This document shows, piece by piece, positions 1 through 9,171 of a stretch of DNA of 64,000 nt; the first letter of the stretch is position 1, and each line of letters opens with the position of its first letter. The notes under the pieces are model-generated. The model was not told where the DNA came from. It saw nothing but the letters and a program-made list of their open reading frames with translations, and made no database searches. Both the position numbers and the translations under genes were made by a program. Source of the DNA: an uncultured cyanobacterium (lineage in GTDB: Bacteria > Cyanobacteriota > Cyanobacteriia > Cyanobacteriales > Nostocaceae); assembly GCA_963740315.1 (NCBI GenBank), contig CAVUDP010000002.1:3456001-3520000 (forward strand), read 5' to 3'.

Positions 1-573
1 TTGCGATCGCAACTTCTTAGCATTGACCAAAGCCAACTCTACGCTATGTTACAACAAGTTGACGGCGTTGCAGCACAAAAAATTCATCCCCACGATTCGG
101 TACGGACTTTAAGGGCGTTAGAGGTATTTTATATTACTGGTAGTCCTATTTCGGAATTACAGGGAGAAAATCCACCAGATTATCCAATTCTGCAAATTGG
201 GTTAGATTGCGATGTTGCTCATCTAACGAATCGTATTGCACGTAGAACCGAAAGTATGGTAAAAGATGGTTTTGTTGAGGAAGTAGAATATCTCTGTCAA
301 AAGTATGGCAAGGATTTACCTTTACTCAACACTTTGGGATATCAAGAAATAAAACAATATTTAGCTGGAGACATTTCTTTAGATGAAGCAAAGGAATTAA
401 CAATTTTACATACACGTCAATTTGCCAAACGTCAGCGCACCTGGTTTAGAAAAGATTATATAATTGAATGGTTTGATACTGAATCTCCGGATTTGTTAGA
501 ACGGGTTTGGTTGCGAATTCAAGAATTTATCAATAATGACAAAGTGAATGATTTCATTCCAGTAAAATTCTAA
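1..573 (+). CDS. miaA: tRNA dimethylallyltransferase, C-terminal part (5' end truncated by the window edge)
   Basis: IHPHDSVRTLRALEV, TLGYQEI and TRQFAKRQRTWFR motifs of IPP transferases. Confidence 0.95.
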   Translation: MRSQLLSIDQSQLYAMLQQVDGVAAQKIHPHDSVRTLRALEVFYITGSPISELQGENPPDYPILQIGLDCDVAHLTNRIARRTESMVKDGFVEEVEYLCQKYGKDLPLLNTLGYQEIKQYLAGDISLDEAKELTILHTRQFAKRQRTWFRKDYIIEWFDTESPDLLERVWLRIQEFINNDKVNDFIPVKF

Positions 574-647
574 TTAACATAAGTTGTGTATTACTTGAAT
601 CTAAATTATTAGTAATACCACATTTAGAAATACTGGCGTATTATAAA

Positions 648-1445
648 ATGCATAAACGCTTCTTTATTAATCTTTTTAGAATTAAAAATCGTCGGATGAA
701 CTACAATCTTAATAGCCTATTACTGCTAATTTCTACAAGCTTGAATGTTTTCTTTTTATTGTTTGTTGTTTTTATAATTTTTCAAAAGGGTGGAATTCAT
801 TATATTAAAAGCAAAATTGCAGCTATTGGTAAGAAAAATATTCAGAATGATTTAAGTATAAATTCCTATTACAAACATAAAAAGAGTCAGTTTGAAATCC
901 TGACTAAATCAAATGATTCTATTATGTTTTTAGGAGATAGTTTAACCGATGAAGGTGAATGGGTAGAATTATTAGGAAATACTAATATTATCAACCGGGG
1001 AATTTCTGGCGATACTACGGGACGAATATTGAATCGTATGGAGGCAATTATTCAAACAAAGCCGAAGCAAATTTTCTTAATGGTTGGAATTAATGATTTT
1101 GTTAATGAGAAGAAATCAATAGAAGAAGTATTGAGCAAATATAAAATTATTTTAGAAGAGTTTCAAAATCAAATTCCTCAGACAGAAATATTTATTCAAA
1201 GTGTTTTGCCAGTAAATAATAACTTTACTTGTTTTCTAGAAGACGATCGCAATTTAATTGAATTCAACTTGAAATTACAAGAACTAGCAACAGAATTTAA
1301 TTATCAATATATAGATGTATTTTCTAATTTAGCAGATTCCGAAAATCAATTAGATGCTAGGTATACAACAGATGGCTTACATTTGAACGGAAAAGCTTAT
1401 TTGATTTGGAAAGATGCTGTTGAAAAGTATGTTGCTGTAAATTAA
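648..1445 (+). CDS. SGNH/GDSL-family hydrolase with N-terminal membrane anchor
   Basis: FLGDSLT, NRGISGDTT, MVGIND and DGLH blocks. Confidence 0.9.
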   Translation: MHKRFFINLFRIKNRRMNYNLNSLLLLISTSLNVFFLLFVVFIIFQKGGIHYIKSKIAAIGKKNIQNDLSINSYYKHKKSQFEILTKSNDSIMFLGDSLTDEGEWVELLGNTNIINRGISGDTTGRILNRMEAIIQTKPKQIFLMVGINDFVNEKKSIEEVLSKYKIILEEFQNQIPQTEIFIQSVLPVNNNFTCFLEDDRNLIEFNLKLQELATEFNYQYIDVFSNLADSENQLDARYTTDGLHLNGKAYLIWKDAVEKYVAVN

Positions 1446-1450
1446 TGTCT

Positions 1451-2251
1451 TTATAAATCATCTGGATTAACACCCATTTCCCGCAATTTTTCAGCTAAAA
1501 GTTCTGCACGAGAAAGCGCTTGTTGTTTTTGTTGTTTTTCATCATCGGCTTGTTGTTGTGCAGTTTGGGCTTGTTGTTGTGCAGTTTGGGCTTGTTGTTC
1601 GGCAGTTTGAGCGCGTTGTTCGGCAGTTTGTGCGCGTTCGTCTCCCGTAGGTAAAATCGTGCCATCTTGATAGCACCAACGCAGCCAAGTATCTTCTCTC
1701 GCTTCAAATTTCCCTTCCCATAAAGTTAAACCCAATCCGACTTGCTCTAACCATGTTTCGTTCGTTTCTTGATAGCGTCTTCCCACAAGTTGATATCCGC
1801 GAAGCTGTTTTTCTCCTAATTGCTGAGCCGGGTCATATACTATGTAATAACTTGCTCGCATCTGTTCGTAAGTTTTTAGCTTTTCTCCTAATTCATCACC
1901 GATTTTATTCGAGACAATTTCAATTACGACTTCTGGGGATTTACCAAATTCCCAAACCATATAACAGCGATTTTGTTTCTCCCACCAATTTTCCGGTACT
2001 TGCACGTCAAAGCTGAGGAAGACATCAGGTACTATAGGAGGCTGTTTATATGCATGGTAGATTCCGACATTTGCTGATGCTAAGAAAATTTGATGTAAAG
2101 AACTGTAAAGAGAACTGACTAAAAGTCGTTGTTGTTTTTCAGATGCAAAGTTATCCACAGGGGTATCGTCTTCGGTAACTAATTTGTTAGCGTCTGGGAT
2201 ATAGAAGTTATCCTCAGAGACTAAAATTTGCTCAACCATAAAATTATCCAC
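1451..2251 (-). CDS. Uma2 (DUF820) family putative endonuclease with C-terminal coiled-coil heptad repeats
   Basis: EDDTPVDN, IVPDVFLS, PEVVIEIVS, YYIVYDP, WLRW motifs; tail AQTAEQR/AQTAQQQ. Confidence 0.9.
   Translation of the reverse strand: MDNFMVEQILVSEDNFYIPDANKLVTEDDTPVDNFASEKQQRLLVSSLYSSLHQIFLASANVGIYHAYKQPPIVPDVFLSFDVQVPENWWEKQNRCYMVWEFGKSPEVVIEIVSNKIGDELGEKLKTYEQMRASYYIVYDPAQQLGEKQLRGYQLVGRRYQETNETWLEQVGLGLTLWEGKFEAREDTWLRWCYQDGTILPTGDERAQTAEQRAQTAEQQAQTAQQQAQTAQQQADDEKQQKQQALSRAELLAEKLREMGVNPDDL
1547..1637 (-). repeat. In-frame 21-nt tandem repeat (about 4-5 units) encoding AQTA(E/Q)Q(R/Q)
   Basis: GGCTTGTTGTTGTGCAGTTTG-like units repeated on the + strand. Confidence 0.85.
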
Positions 2252-2414
2252 CTATTTCGCGTCTTTTTTCTAGTTTAATAAATTTTTCGTCAGCTAGTTG
2301 ATATATTGTTTCACTAAGTTCGTGACAAAAAGTAATTGCTTCATCTTTGACTTTAGATAGTGATGATGTGTTTTGAATTAGATCCATGTTTAAAAATCCT
2401 CTAAACAATATTAT

Positions 2415-2468
2415 CCGCTTAGGGTTGCAAACCCCAAGCTAACAGCATAAGTCCTATAAATAGGACTG
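2415..2468. repeat. Two-hairpin REP-like dispersed element (family C)
   Basis: GGGTTGCAAACCC hairpin, CTAACAGCATA linker, AGTCCTATAAATAGGACT hairpin; related copies at 38506, 46115, 46208, 47299. Confidence 0.8.
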
Positions 2469-2554
2469 AAAAATTATTGCTGTCTTAGTCAGAATATTAA
2501 TTAATATTTCCAGTTTATATTCTTCTATCTCAATTACCAATTACTCTTAAAAAA

Positions 2555-3265
2555 TTAACGTACTTTCATCGCAGCATCGACTCCATCACGAATTAATTTT
2601 CCATCCTCCATATAAATGATTCTGTCGCCAATATCTAAAATACGGTTATCGTGAGTTACGAGTAAAATTGTACAACCTTGTTCTTTTGCTAATTTATACA
2701 TAATTTCCACTACATCCCGTCCCGATTTTTTATCAAGTGCAGCGGTTGGTTCGTCGGCTAAAACTATTTTCGGATTGCTTGATAAAGCACGAGCGATCGC
2801 CACTCTTTGTTTTTGTCCTCCCGATAGTTTTTCTGGATAATAATCGACTCGATTTCCTAAGCCAACTTGTTCTAAAATTGCGATCGCTTTAGCATCGATG
2901 TCTTGTTCTAAAAATTTGTCATGCAGTTCTAAAGACATTTTTACGTTTTGTTTGGCTGTTAAGAAGCTCAATAAATTATGGGCTTGAAAAATATAGCCGA
3001 TGTTTTGACGAATTTTTGTTAATTGTTGTTTGCTGGCTCCACGTATTTCTTGTTCTAAAATCTTTAAACTACCTTCTTGTGCGGAACGTAAGCCACCCAT
3101 TAAGGTTAGTAAAGTAGTTTTTCCGGAGCCAGATGGACCAGTTAAAATTACAATTTCGCCAGCATGAATATTTAAGTTGATATCGAATAATACTTGTTTG
3201 CGAAGATTTTTGTCGCCGAAGTAATGATTGAGATTTTGTACGCAGATGACGGGTTGTGGTGACAT
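2555..3265 (-). CDS. devA: DevA-family ABC exporter ATP-binding subunit
   Basis: Walker A GPSGSGKT, LSGGQKQRVAIARAL, LADEPTAALD; operon context with devB/devC. Confidence 0.92.
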   Translation of the reverse strand: MSPQPVICVQNLNHYFGDKNLRKQVLFDINLNIHAGEIVILTGPSGSGKTTLLTLMGGLRSAQEGSLKILEQEIRGASKQQLTKIRQNIGYIFQAHNLLSFLTAKQNVKMSLELHDKFLEQDIDAKAIAILEQVGLGNRVDYYPEKLSGGQKQRVAIARALSSNPKIVLADEPTAALDKKSGRDVVEIMYKLAKEQGCTILLVTHDNRILDIGDRIIYMEDGKLIRDGVDAAMKVR

Positions 3266-3284
3266 GATTTTTTATCTTATGTAG

Positions 3285-3336
3285 TTTGTAGAGACGCGAT
3301 ATGGTTTGTAGAGACGCGATATATCGCGTCTCTACA
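3285..3336. repeat. GTAGAGAC-type REP-like palindrome (family B) with a duplicated half
   Basis: TGTAGAGACGCGATATATCGCGTCTCTACA perfect palindrome preceded by a copy of its left arm; related palindromes near 8307, 9106, 31546, 33437, 49577, 59149. Confidence 0.85.
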
Positions 3337-4143
3337 TTATGAAAGTCGCAATCTTGCAACAATTACGGGTGGGATTTCGCTAAATTTTGACCAACCAATA
3401 TAAATATTTTTAGCAGCTAATTCCGGAGGAAAAGCAGGTTCTTCTAAACCATCTAATACAAAACCGGCATTAAAAGCTGTATTTAACAACATATGTAAAG
3501 GACGATGAAAATAAGTATGTGGCTGCGGTTGATTTTCTAAAGCTAATCCGCGCTTTTTACTAGGCATCAAGTATGCTTTAACTTTGATGAAATATTCAGT
3601 ATAAATTTTGTTTTCTTCCTCTATTAATTCTGCTGCCAGAATAGTATGCATACTGTTAAAACAAGGATGCATAACGGCAAAGATAAAACAACCACCGGGA
3701 CGAATTAATTTTGTCAGCGTTCGGAATAAAGGCTCAATTTCTGCCATATCCATTAAAGCCATTGCGGAAACTGCTGCATCAAAAGAGTTTTCACCAAGTT
3801 TTAATAATGCCGTTTCATCGGTAGCATCTAAAACCTGATATTGAATTAATTCTTGATTTTTTGTAGTTCTTTTACGGGCATTGTCAATCATTTCCGATGC
3901 AAAGTCTATTCCTAAAACATTTGCACCTAAACTAGTTAATCTACGAGTAGTTAAACCGTTACCGCAACCAACATCTAAAATATTTTGTCCTGGTTTTAAT
4001 TGCAATAACCTTTCTATACTTGGACGAACTAAATATTTATGAAAGTCGTTACCTTCATCGCCCATTTTTTCATCCCAGAGTTGAGCCGTACTATTCCAAG
4101 CTTCGCGGGTTTGGTTGTTGATTGAATTTATATCATCTGTCAT
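3337..4143 (-). CDS. Class I SAM-dependent methyltransferase
   Basis: ILDVGCGNG motif I, LGIDF motif II, LIRPGG. Confidence 0.9.
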   Translation of the reverse strand: MTDDINSINNQTREAWNSTAQLWDEKMGDEGNDFHKYLVRPSIERLLQLKPGQNILDVGCGNGLTTRRLTSLGANVLGIDFASEMIDNARKRTTKNQELIQYQVLDATDETALLKLGENSFDAAVSAMALMDMAEIEPLFRTLTKLIRPGGCFIFAVMHPCFNSMHTILAAELIEEENKIYTEYFIKVKAYLMPSKKRGLALENQPQPHTYFHRPLHMLLNTAFNAGFVLDGLEEPAFPPELAAKNIYIGWSKFSEIPPVIVARLRLS

Positions 4144-4171
4144 TGAAATAGCTCCTAAATTAATTCATCTC

Positions 4172-4822
4172 TTAAAATTTACTATCATTATTTAAATCAT
4201 CTTTTTTAACCAATGTTTCCGCAAGAATATAAAAAATTATTACGGATGCCCAGGATATATCCCATAATGATGGTTTGAGAAATGCAACAACAATCGTTAT
4301 TAGAGCAACTGTTGGTTCAATTAATGAGGTGATTCTGATATATTTAATAGTATTTATATCTAAATTTTCATCTACTAAATTATGCTTATATGTTGCATAA
4401 GTCCAATTTAAGAAAGAGAAGAAGCCAATTAGAAATACATTTATGCTGTAGGAAATTTGAATTATTGCGTTTTGAGGAAAATACGCGATTAAAACGTTAG
4501 AATAAGGAATTATAAATAAACACATCAAAGAAGCTAGATAAAGCCAAAGATGTATTTCATTTGTTCTTTGATAATAACTAAACTGTTTTACATGGTCTAT
4601 CCAATAAAAAGCTAAAATTACGAATGTAATTACATAATTTCCGAGAGTATCCAATTGTGAAAGTAAGAAATCATTTACTTCGCTAATACTCATAGATGCA
4701 GGAAAATTAGGAAAGTCAAATCCGAAAATAGTCAACGCCATTGCTAAGGCAAAAATAGTGTCTGATAATCTTCCGAGATGGCTAATCATGTTTTTATAAT
4801 TGGGGTTTTTGTTGTTAGTCAT
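4172..4822 (-). CDS. TMEM175/DUF1211-family membrane protein (K+ channel-like)
   Basis: RLSDTIFALAMAL in TM1, YVITFVILAFYWIDH, PYS motif; about 6 hydrophobic helices. Confidence 0.8.
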   Translation of the reverse strand: MTNNKNPNYKNMISHLGRLSDTIFALAMALTIFGFDFPNFPASMSISEVNDFLLSQLDTLGNYVITFVILAFYWIDHVKQFSYYQRTNEIHLWLYLASLMCLFIIPYSNVLIAYFPQNAIIQISYSINVFLIGFFSFLNWTYATYKHNLVDENLDINTIKYIRITSLIEPTVALITIVVAFLKPSLWDISWASVIIFYILAETLVKKDDLNNDSKF

Positions 4823-4938
4823 TGGATTATTTAATTAATTTACATTGCTTCTATTTTTCTCGAACATTAACGATTAATAAAACCGCAGAGACGCAGAGAG
4901 CGCAGAGGAAAGAGATAGAAAGAGATTTTTTATTAAAT

Positions 4939-6102
4939 CTAAAAAACATCTGCTGGATCGGCACTTTGGAGTTTTCGCATTGCAACTACACCGGAAAAAC
5001 TACACATAATAATAGTTAAAGTTAGTACAAAAACTGCACGATCGATTTTCATTGCGATCGGTAATAAAGTCGCAGCGAAAGTAATTTGATATAATCCCAT
5101 CGAAAGCAACATACCGGGGAAAAATCCCAGTACTGACATTATCAAAGCTTCCTGCATCAGCATCATCATTAAATAGCGATCGCTATATCCCATCGCTTTG
5201 AGTGTGGCGTATTCTGGCAAGTGTTCGGATACGTCGGAGTAGAGGATTTGATACACAATTACAATACCGACGATAAAGCCAACTACTACACCAATACCGA
5301 ATATGAATCCTATACCTTGGTTTCCCCAATAATCTTTTTCTGTTTGAGCAAATTCTTGTGGAGTGAGTACTCTGACATCTTTGGGTAAGTTAGCCTTAAG
5401 TTGTGACTGTAATTTTTCTACGTCTGTATCTGGATTCAGATTAATTAAACCGACTTCGATTTGATTTGATTTACGGTTGGGAAATAGTTTTAAATAGGTA
5501 GAATCGCTGGTAATAATATTTCCGTCTGCTGCAAAGGAAGCACCCATTGTGAATAAACTAACGGCTTTAATATTTTGTTCGTTTAATAAGGTTTCTACGC
5601 TTCCTTTTTGTTGGATCAAATCTGAAATCGATCCGTATTCTGGACGAGATGCGCGATCAAATATGACGTTATTTAACTGCTTTAATTCTTCAAGATTTTG
5701 GTTGACTTCGGGAACATCAAAAGGTGGATTTATCGGATCGATTCCCCATATCAAAATTGCGCGATCGACGCGAGTTTCTGGATTGCGCCATTGGGCAGTA
5801 TTAATATATAAAGGACGAACTGATTTTACGCCTTCGTATGCCAAAGTTTGCTGCAATCTTTCTCTAGGAAAACTTTTAACTGAAAACAAGCTTTGAAACT
5901 GAGGATTAATTAAAACTAAGTCAGCTTGTAATGTTTTATGGGGTTTGGTAGCGCTATCAAATAGTGCATCTGATAACCCTAGTTGTACAAACATCAACAT
6001 ATCGGCAAAAGCAATTCCAGCTAAAGCAATCCCCAGCCGCATCTTCTCTTTTTTTAATTGCAGCCAAGCTAAAGGTGTGCGGCGAAATAGTTTACGAAAC
6101 AT
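4939..6102 (-). CDS. devC: DevC-family ABC exporter permease
   Basis: PLAWLQL, GIAFADMLMFVQLG, VYQILYSDVSEHLPEYATLKAMGY, C-terminal ADPADVF. Confidence 0.93.
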   Translation of the reverse strand: MFRKLFRRTPLAWLQLKKEKMRLGIALAGIAFADMLMFVQLGLSDALFDSATKPHKTLQADLVLINPQFQSLFSVKSFPRERLQQTLAYEGVKSVRPLYINTAQWRNPETRVDRAILIWGIDPINPPFDVPEVNQNLEELKQLNNVIFDRASRPEYGSISDLIQQKGSVETLLNEQNIKAVSLFTMGASFAADGNIITSDSTYLKLFPNRKSNQIEVGLINLNPDTDVEKLQSQLKANLPKDVRVLTPQEFAQTEKDYWGNQGIGFIFGIGVVVGFIVGIVIVYQILYSDVSEHLPEYATLKAMGYSDRYLMMMLMQEALIMSVLGFFPGMLLSMGLYQITFAATLLPIAMKIDRAVFVLTLTIIMCSFSGVVAMRKLQSADPADVF

Positions 6103-6131
6103 GACTAAAGTTAGTATTTTTTGCTCCTTGT

Positions 6132-6238
6132 CTCGTTCCCAGGCAGAGCCTGGGAATGTTTTGTGGGAGGCTCTGCCTCCGGTTTAAAGTAGAGGCAGAG
6201 CCTCTAGAAATGCATTACAAGGCTGAGCCTTGTAACGA
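6132..6238. repeat. Multi-hairpin GGCAGAGCC-core dispersed repeat between devB and devC
   Basis: CTCGTTCCCAGGCAGAGCCTGGGAATG ... GAGGCTCTGCCTC ... GAGGCAGAGCCTC ... CATTACAAGGCTGAGCCTTGTAACGAG; ends are inverted. Confidence 0.75.
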
Positions 6239-6266
6239 GATATTTTTAAACTAAGTTAAAATCTCA

Positions 6267-6290
6267 TTTATATCAAACATTCGTTATAAA
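6267..6290. promoter_or_regulatory. Putative TetR operator (internal, upstream of devC)
   Basis: TTTATATCAAACATTCGTTATAAA, 20/24 identical to the imperfect palindrome upstream of tetR at 8222-8245. Confidence 0.6.
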
Positions 6291-6305
6291 TCAAATTAGT
6301 CAAAA

Positions 6306-7610
6306 TCATAATTCAATTTCTGTCTGTACTTGTAAATTAGTTAAAGTTTTAACCCTGTTGCTATCTTCTGGATTGAGAAGAATTTTCACGTCAACCACTC
6401 GTCTATCTAAATTTTCTCCCGGTTGGTTGCTGAAGACGTTTTGTCGGTTAATTTGTAAACCAATTTGAGCAACTTCTCCCTGTAATTTACCTGAAAAAGC
6501 TTGTCCGGTAATCAGCGCTTTTTGTCCCAACTTAACTTTGTCAATATCGGTTTGATATACTTCTGCAACTACCATCATTTGTTGAGTTTGTGCCATTTCA
6601 ACAATACCTGCATCAGCCATTTTTTCTCCTTCTTGGGTATGAATTTTAAGAATTTGTCCCGCTATCGGTGCGCGGATATAAGCTTGTTCTAAGTTGGTTT
6701 TGGCTTGTTTTAAAGCAGCTTTCGCGTTATCTACTTCGGTTTGTGATGCTCGAACATCTACCGGACGAATTTCTGAAATTTGATTTAAAGTTGCTTGTGC
6801 TTCTTTAATTTGTTCGCTTCCAGATGACTGAATGCGGTTGAGATTTGCTCTTTCTTCGGAAAGTTGTTGCTGTCGAGATGCTTCGATACGGTTGAGATTT
6901 GCTCTTGCTTCGTTAAGCTGCTGATTTGCTGTTTGTAATGTTAAGCGTTTACTATCTCGCAAAGAATTAGAAACTGCACCATTATTAAATAATTTTTGAT
7001 AGCGTTGGTATTCAATATTGGCATTATCAACCTCTGCTTGTAATTTCGCAATAGTCGCTTTCTGTGCAAGGATTTCCGTACTTTTTTCAGCTTGTAAGCG
7101 TACAACTGTTGCTTTTTGGGCTGCTATTTGAGTAGTTTTTTCTACTTGTAAACGTGCAATAGTTGCTTCTTGCGCTTGAATTTGTCCGGTTTTCGCTCCT
7201 GCTTTTACCTGTGCTAATTTTGCTTCAGCCATTCGTACCTGTTCTTTTGCTTGTAATACCGCATCTTGTAATCGTTTTTGGGAATCTAAAATGGCGATCG
7301 CATCTCCCACTTTTACTTTATCCCCTTCTTCAACTAACAATTTTGCAACTCTATCGCCATCTAAATTTAAAGGAGCAGATAAATTAATCACTTCTCCTTG
7401 CGGTTCCAATCTTCCCAAAGCGGTGACTTTTTTAACCGTAGGTAGGGCTTCCATTACAGGTGCTTCCGTTCGAGTTATCAAGCCAGTTTGAGAGATTCCA
7501 TAAAAGGCGATCGCACCAGTTAACACAGTAGCGGCTGCTACCACACCGATTAATTTATTAGAAGGCTTAGAAAGTATTTGCATAGCCATAGTTTTAATAA
7601 TCACTAACAA
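6306..7610 (-). CDS. devB: DevB-family membrane fusion protein (HlyD-like)
   Basis: VTALGRLEPQGEV, coiled coil, VAEVYQTDI, DRRVVDVKI, LTNLQV; the true start may be a few codons downstream. Confidence 0.92.
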   Translation of the reverse strand: MLVIIKTMAMQILSKPSNKLIGVVAAATVLTGAIAFYGISQTGLITRTEAPVMEALPTVKKVTALGRLEPQGEVINLSAPLNLDGDRVAKLLVEEGDKVKVGDAIAILDSQKRLQDAVLQAKEQVRMAEAKLAQVKAGAKTGQIQAQEATIARLQVEKTTQIAAQKATVVRLQAEKSTEILAQKATIAKLQAEVDNANIEYQRYQKLFNNGAVSNSLRDSKRLTLQTANQQLNEARANLNRIEASRQQQLSEERANLNRIQSSGSEQIKEAQATLNQISEIRPVDVRASQTEVDNAKAALKQAKTNLEQAYIRAPIAGQILKIHTQEGEKMADAGIVEMAQTQQMMVVAEVYQTDIDKVKLGQKALITGQAFSGKLQGEVAQIGLQINRQNVFSNQPGENLDRRVVDVKILLNPEDSNRVKTLTNLQVQTEIEL

Positions 7611-7638
7611 CTAACCACTAACAACTAACAACTATCTA

Positions 7639-8205
7639 CTAACTATTTAAATAAACATTTATCATTTTTACCAATAACTCTCCCTGCTCTTCATAAGAAA
7701 CCATCTCACCTTCAGACATTCGCACGCAAATCAAACCGTTTAAAAAGTTAACTACGAAATCAGCTACTGCTTTGTCTTCAATTTCTAAGTATTTTAATAA
7801 TTCCTCTCTTGAATTTTGTGCAACTCGCTGTAAAATTTCGTTATTTAATACTTCGCTTTTTCCTTGCTGTTGATAAAAGTCGCTCCACAGTAATATTTGA
7901 CTGATAAAATATTCTTCGTTTTTTTCAACAAAATTAACCAAAGCTCTGATTCGTTCTGGTACATATTTTATATCTCCAGATTCAGCCAGAAAATTGATAA
8001 TGTCTTGCTGAAATTGCTCTTCTACTAACTGTAAAAAGATAGCTTCTTTATTAGGAAAGTAGTGATACAGCGTTCCCGTCGAAACACTTAGTTCTTTGGC
8101 AATTTCGCGCATAGTGACGGAAGCATAACCTTTAGAAGCGAATAAATCGAAGCTTTTCCATAGCAGTTCTTTTCTATACTTTTCATGGTCTACAATCTTC
8201 GGCAT
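7639..8205 (-). CDS. TetR/AcrR-family transcriptional regulator
   Basis: MPKIVDH...FASKGYASVTMREIAKELSVSTGTLYHYFPNKE HTH. Confidence 0.95.
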   Translation of the reverse strand: MPKIVDHEKYRKELLWKSFDLFASKGYASVTMREIAKELSVSTGTLYHYFPNKEAIFLQLVEEQFQQDIINFLAESGDIKYVPERIRALVNFVEKNEEYFISQILLWSDFYQQQGKSEVLNNEILQRVAQNSREELLKYLEIEDKAVADFVVNFLNGLICVRMSEGEMVSYEEQGELLVKMINVYLNS

Positions 8206-8221
8206 TCAATCACTTGCATAT

Positions 8222-8245
8222 TTTATATCGAACGTTAGTTATATA
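8222..8245. promoter_or_regulatory. Putative TetR autoregulatory operator
   Basis: Imperfect palindrome TTTATATCGAACGTTAGTTATATA about 17 nt upstream of the tetR start. Confidence 0.65.
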
Positions 8246-8329
8246 TTAAGCTAAGAGTGTCGTTTATGGCAATAGTTATTTGTTGCAGGTTGGGGAGAGG
8301 TAGCAGGGAGAAGTAGCGCTGCTACGTCT

Positions 8330-9044
8330 CTACATTATGGTGTCTGGATTAATCCCCATTTCTCGGAGTTTTTCGGCTAGTTGTGCGGCTCGTTGTTCGG
8401 CACTCGAGGCGCGTTGTTCGGCAGTTTGAGCGCGTTCGTCTCCTGTCGGTAAAACGCTACCATCTTGGTAACACCAACGTAACCAAGAGTCTTGTCTGGC
8501 TTCAAATTCTCCTTCCCACAAGGTTAAACCCAATCCTACTTGTTCTAACCAAGTTTCTGAAGTTTGGTAATAGCGCATTCCTCGTAATTCATAGATATGC
8601 AGGGTTTCTTCACTAAGTTGGTTGGTTGGGTCGTATACGATGTAGTAGCTTGCTCGCATATGTTCGTATATTCTTAGTTTTTCTCCCAATTCGTCACCAA
8701 CTTTGTTAGAAACAATCTCAATTGCCACTTCAGGAGGTTTACCAAATCGCCAAACCATGTAGCAACGGTTGTGTTTTTCCCACCAGTTTTGTGGAACTTG
8801 AGCATTTAAGCTGAGGAAAAGAATCGGGTACTATAGCTGGTTTTAAATCCGTGTAATAAACTCCAACATTCGCAGCAGCTAGAAAAGGTTGTTTTTGTAA
8901 AGAACTGTAAAGAGAACCGACTAAAAGCCGTTGTTGTTTTTCCGATGCAAAATTTCCAATCGGTGTATCATCTTCAGTAATTAACTTATCGGCATCTGGG
9001 ATATAGAAGCCATCATCAGTGTCAATTAAAGTTTGCTTGACCAT
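8330..9044 (-). pseudogene. Uma2-family endonuclease, frameshifted near 8820
   Basis: Two ORFs (8739-9044 and 8330-8758) together match the paralog at 1451-2251; the frame breaks right after IVPD (+1 base). Confidence 0.85.
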
Positions 9045-9171
9045 AATAGATTATCTAATAATTTGGGTTTATATATCTACTTTAAACGATTTCCATATCA
9101 ATAATGTAGAGACGTTGCAATGCAACGTCTCCATGTATTTTATGTATAAAAAGCCTCTGAAAAAAACTTTT

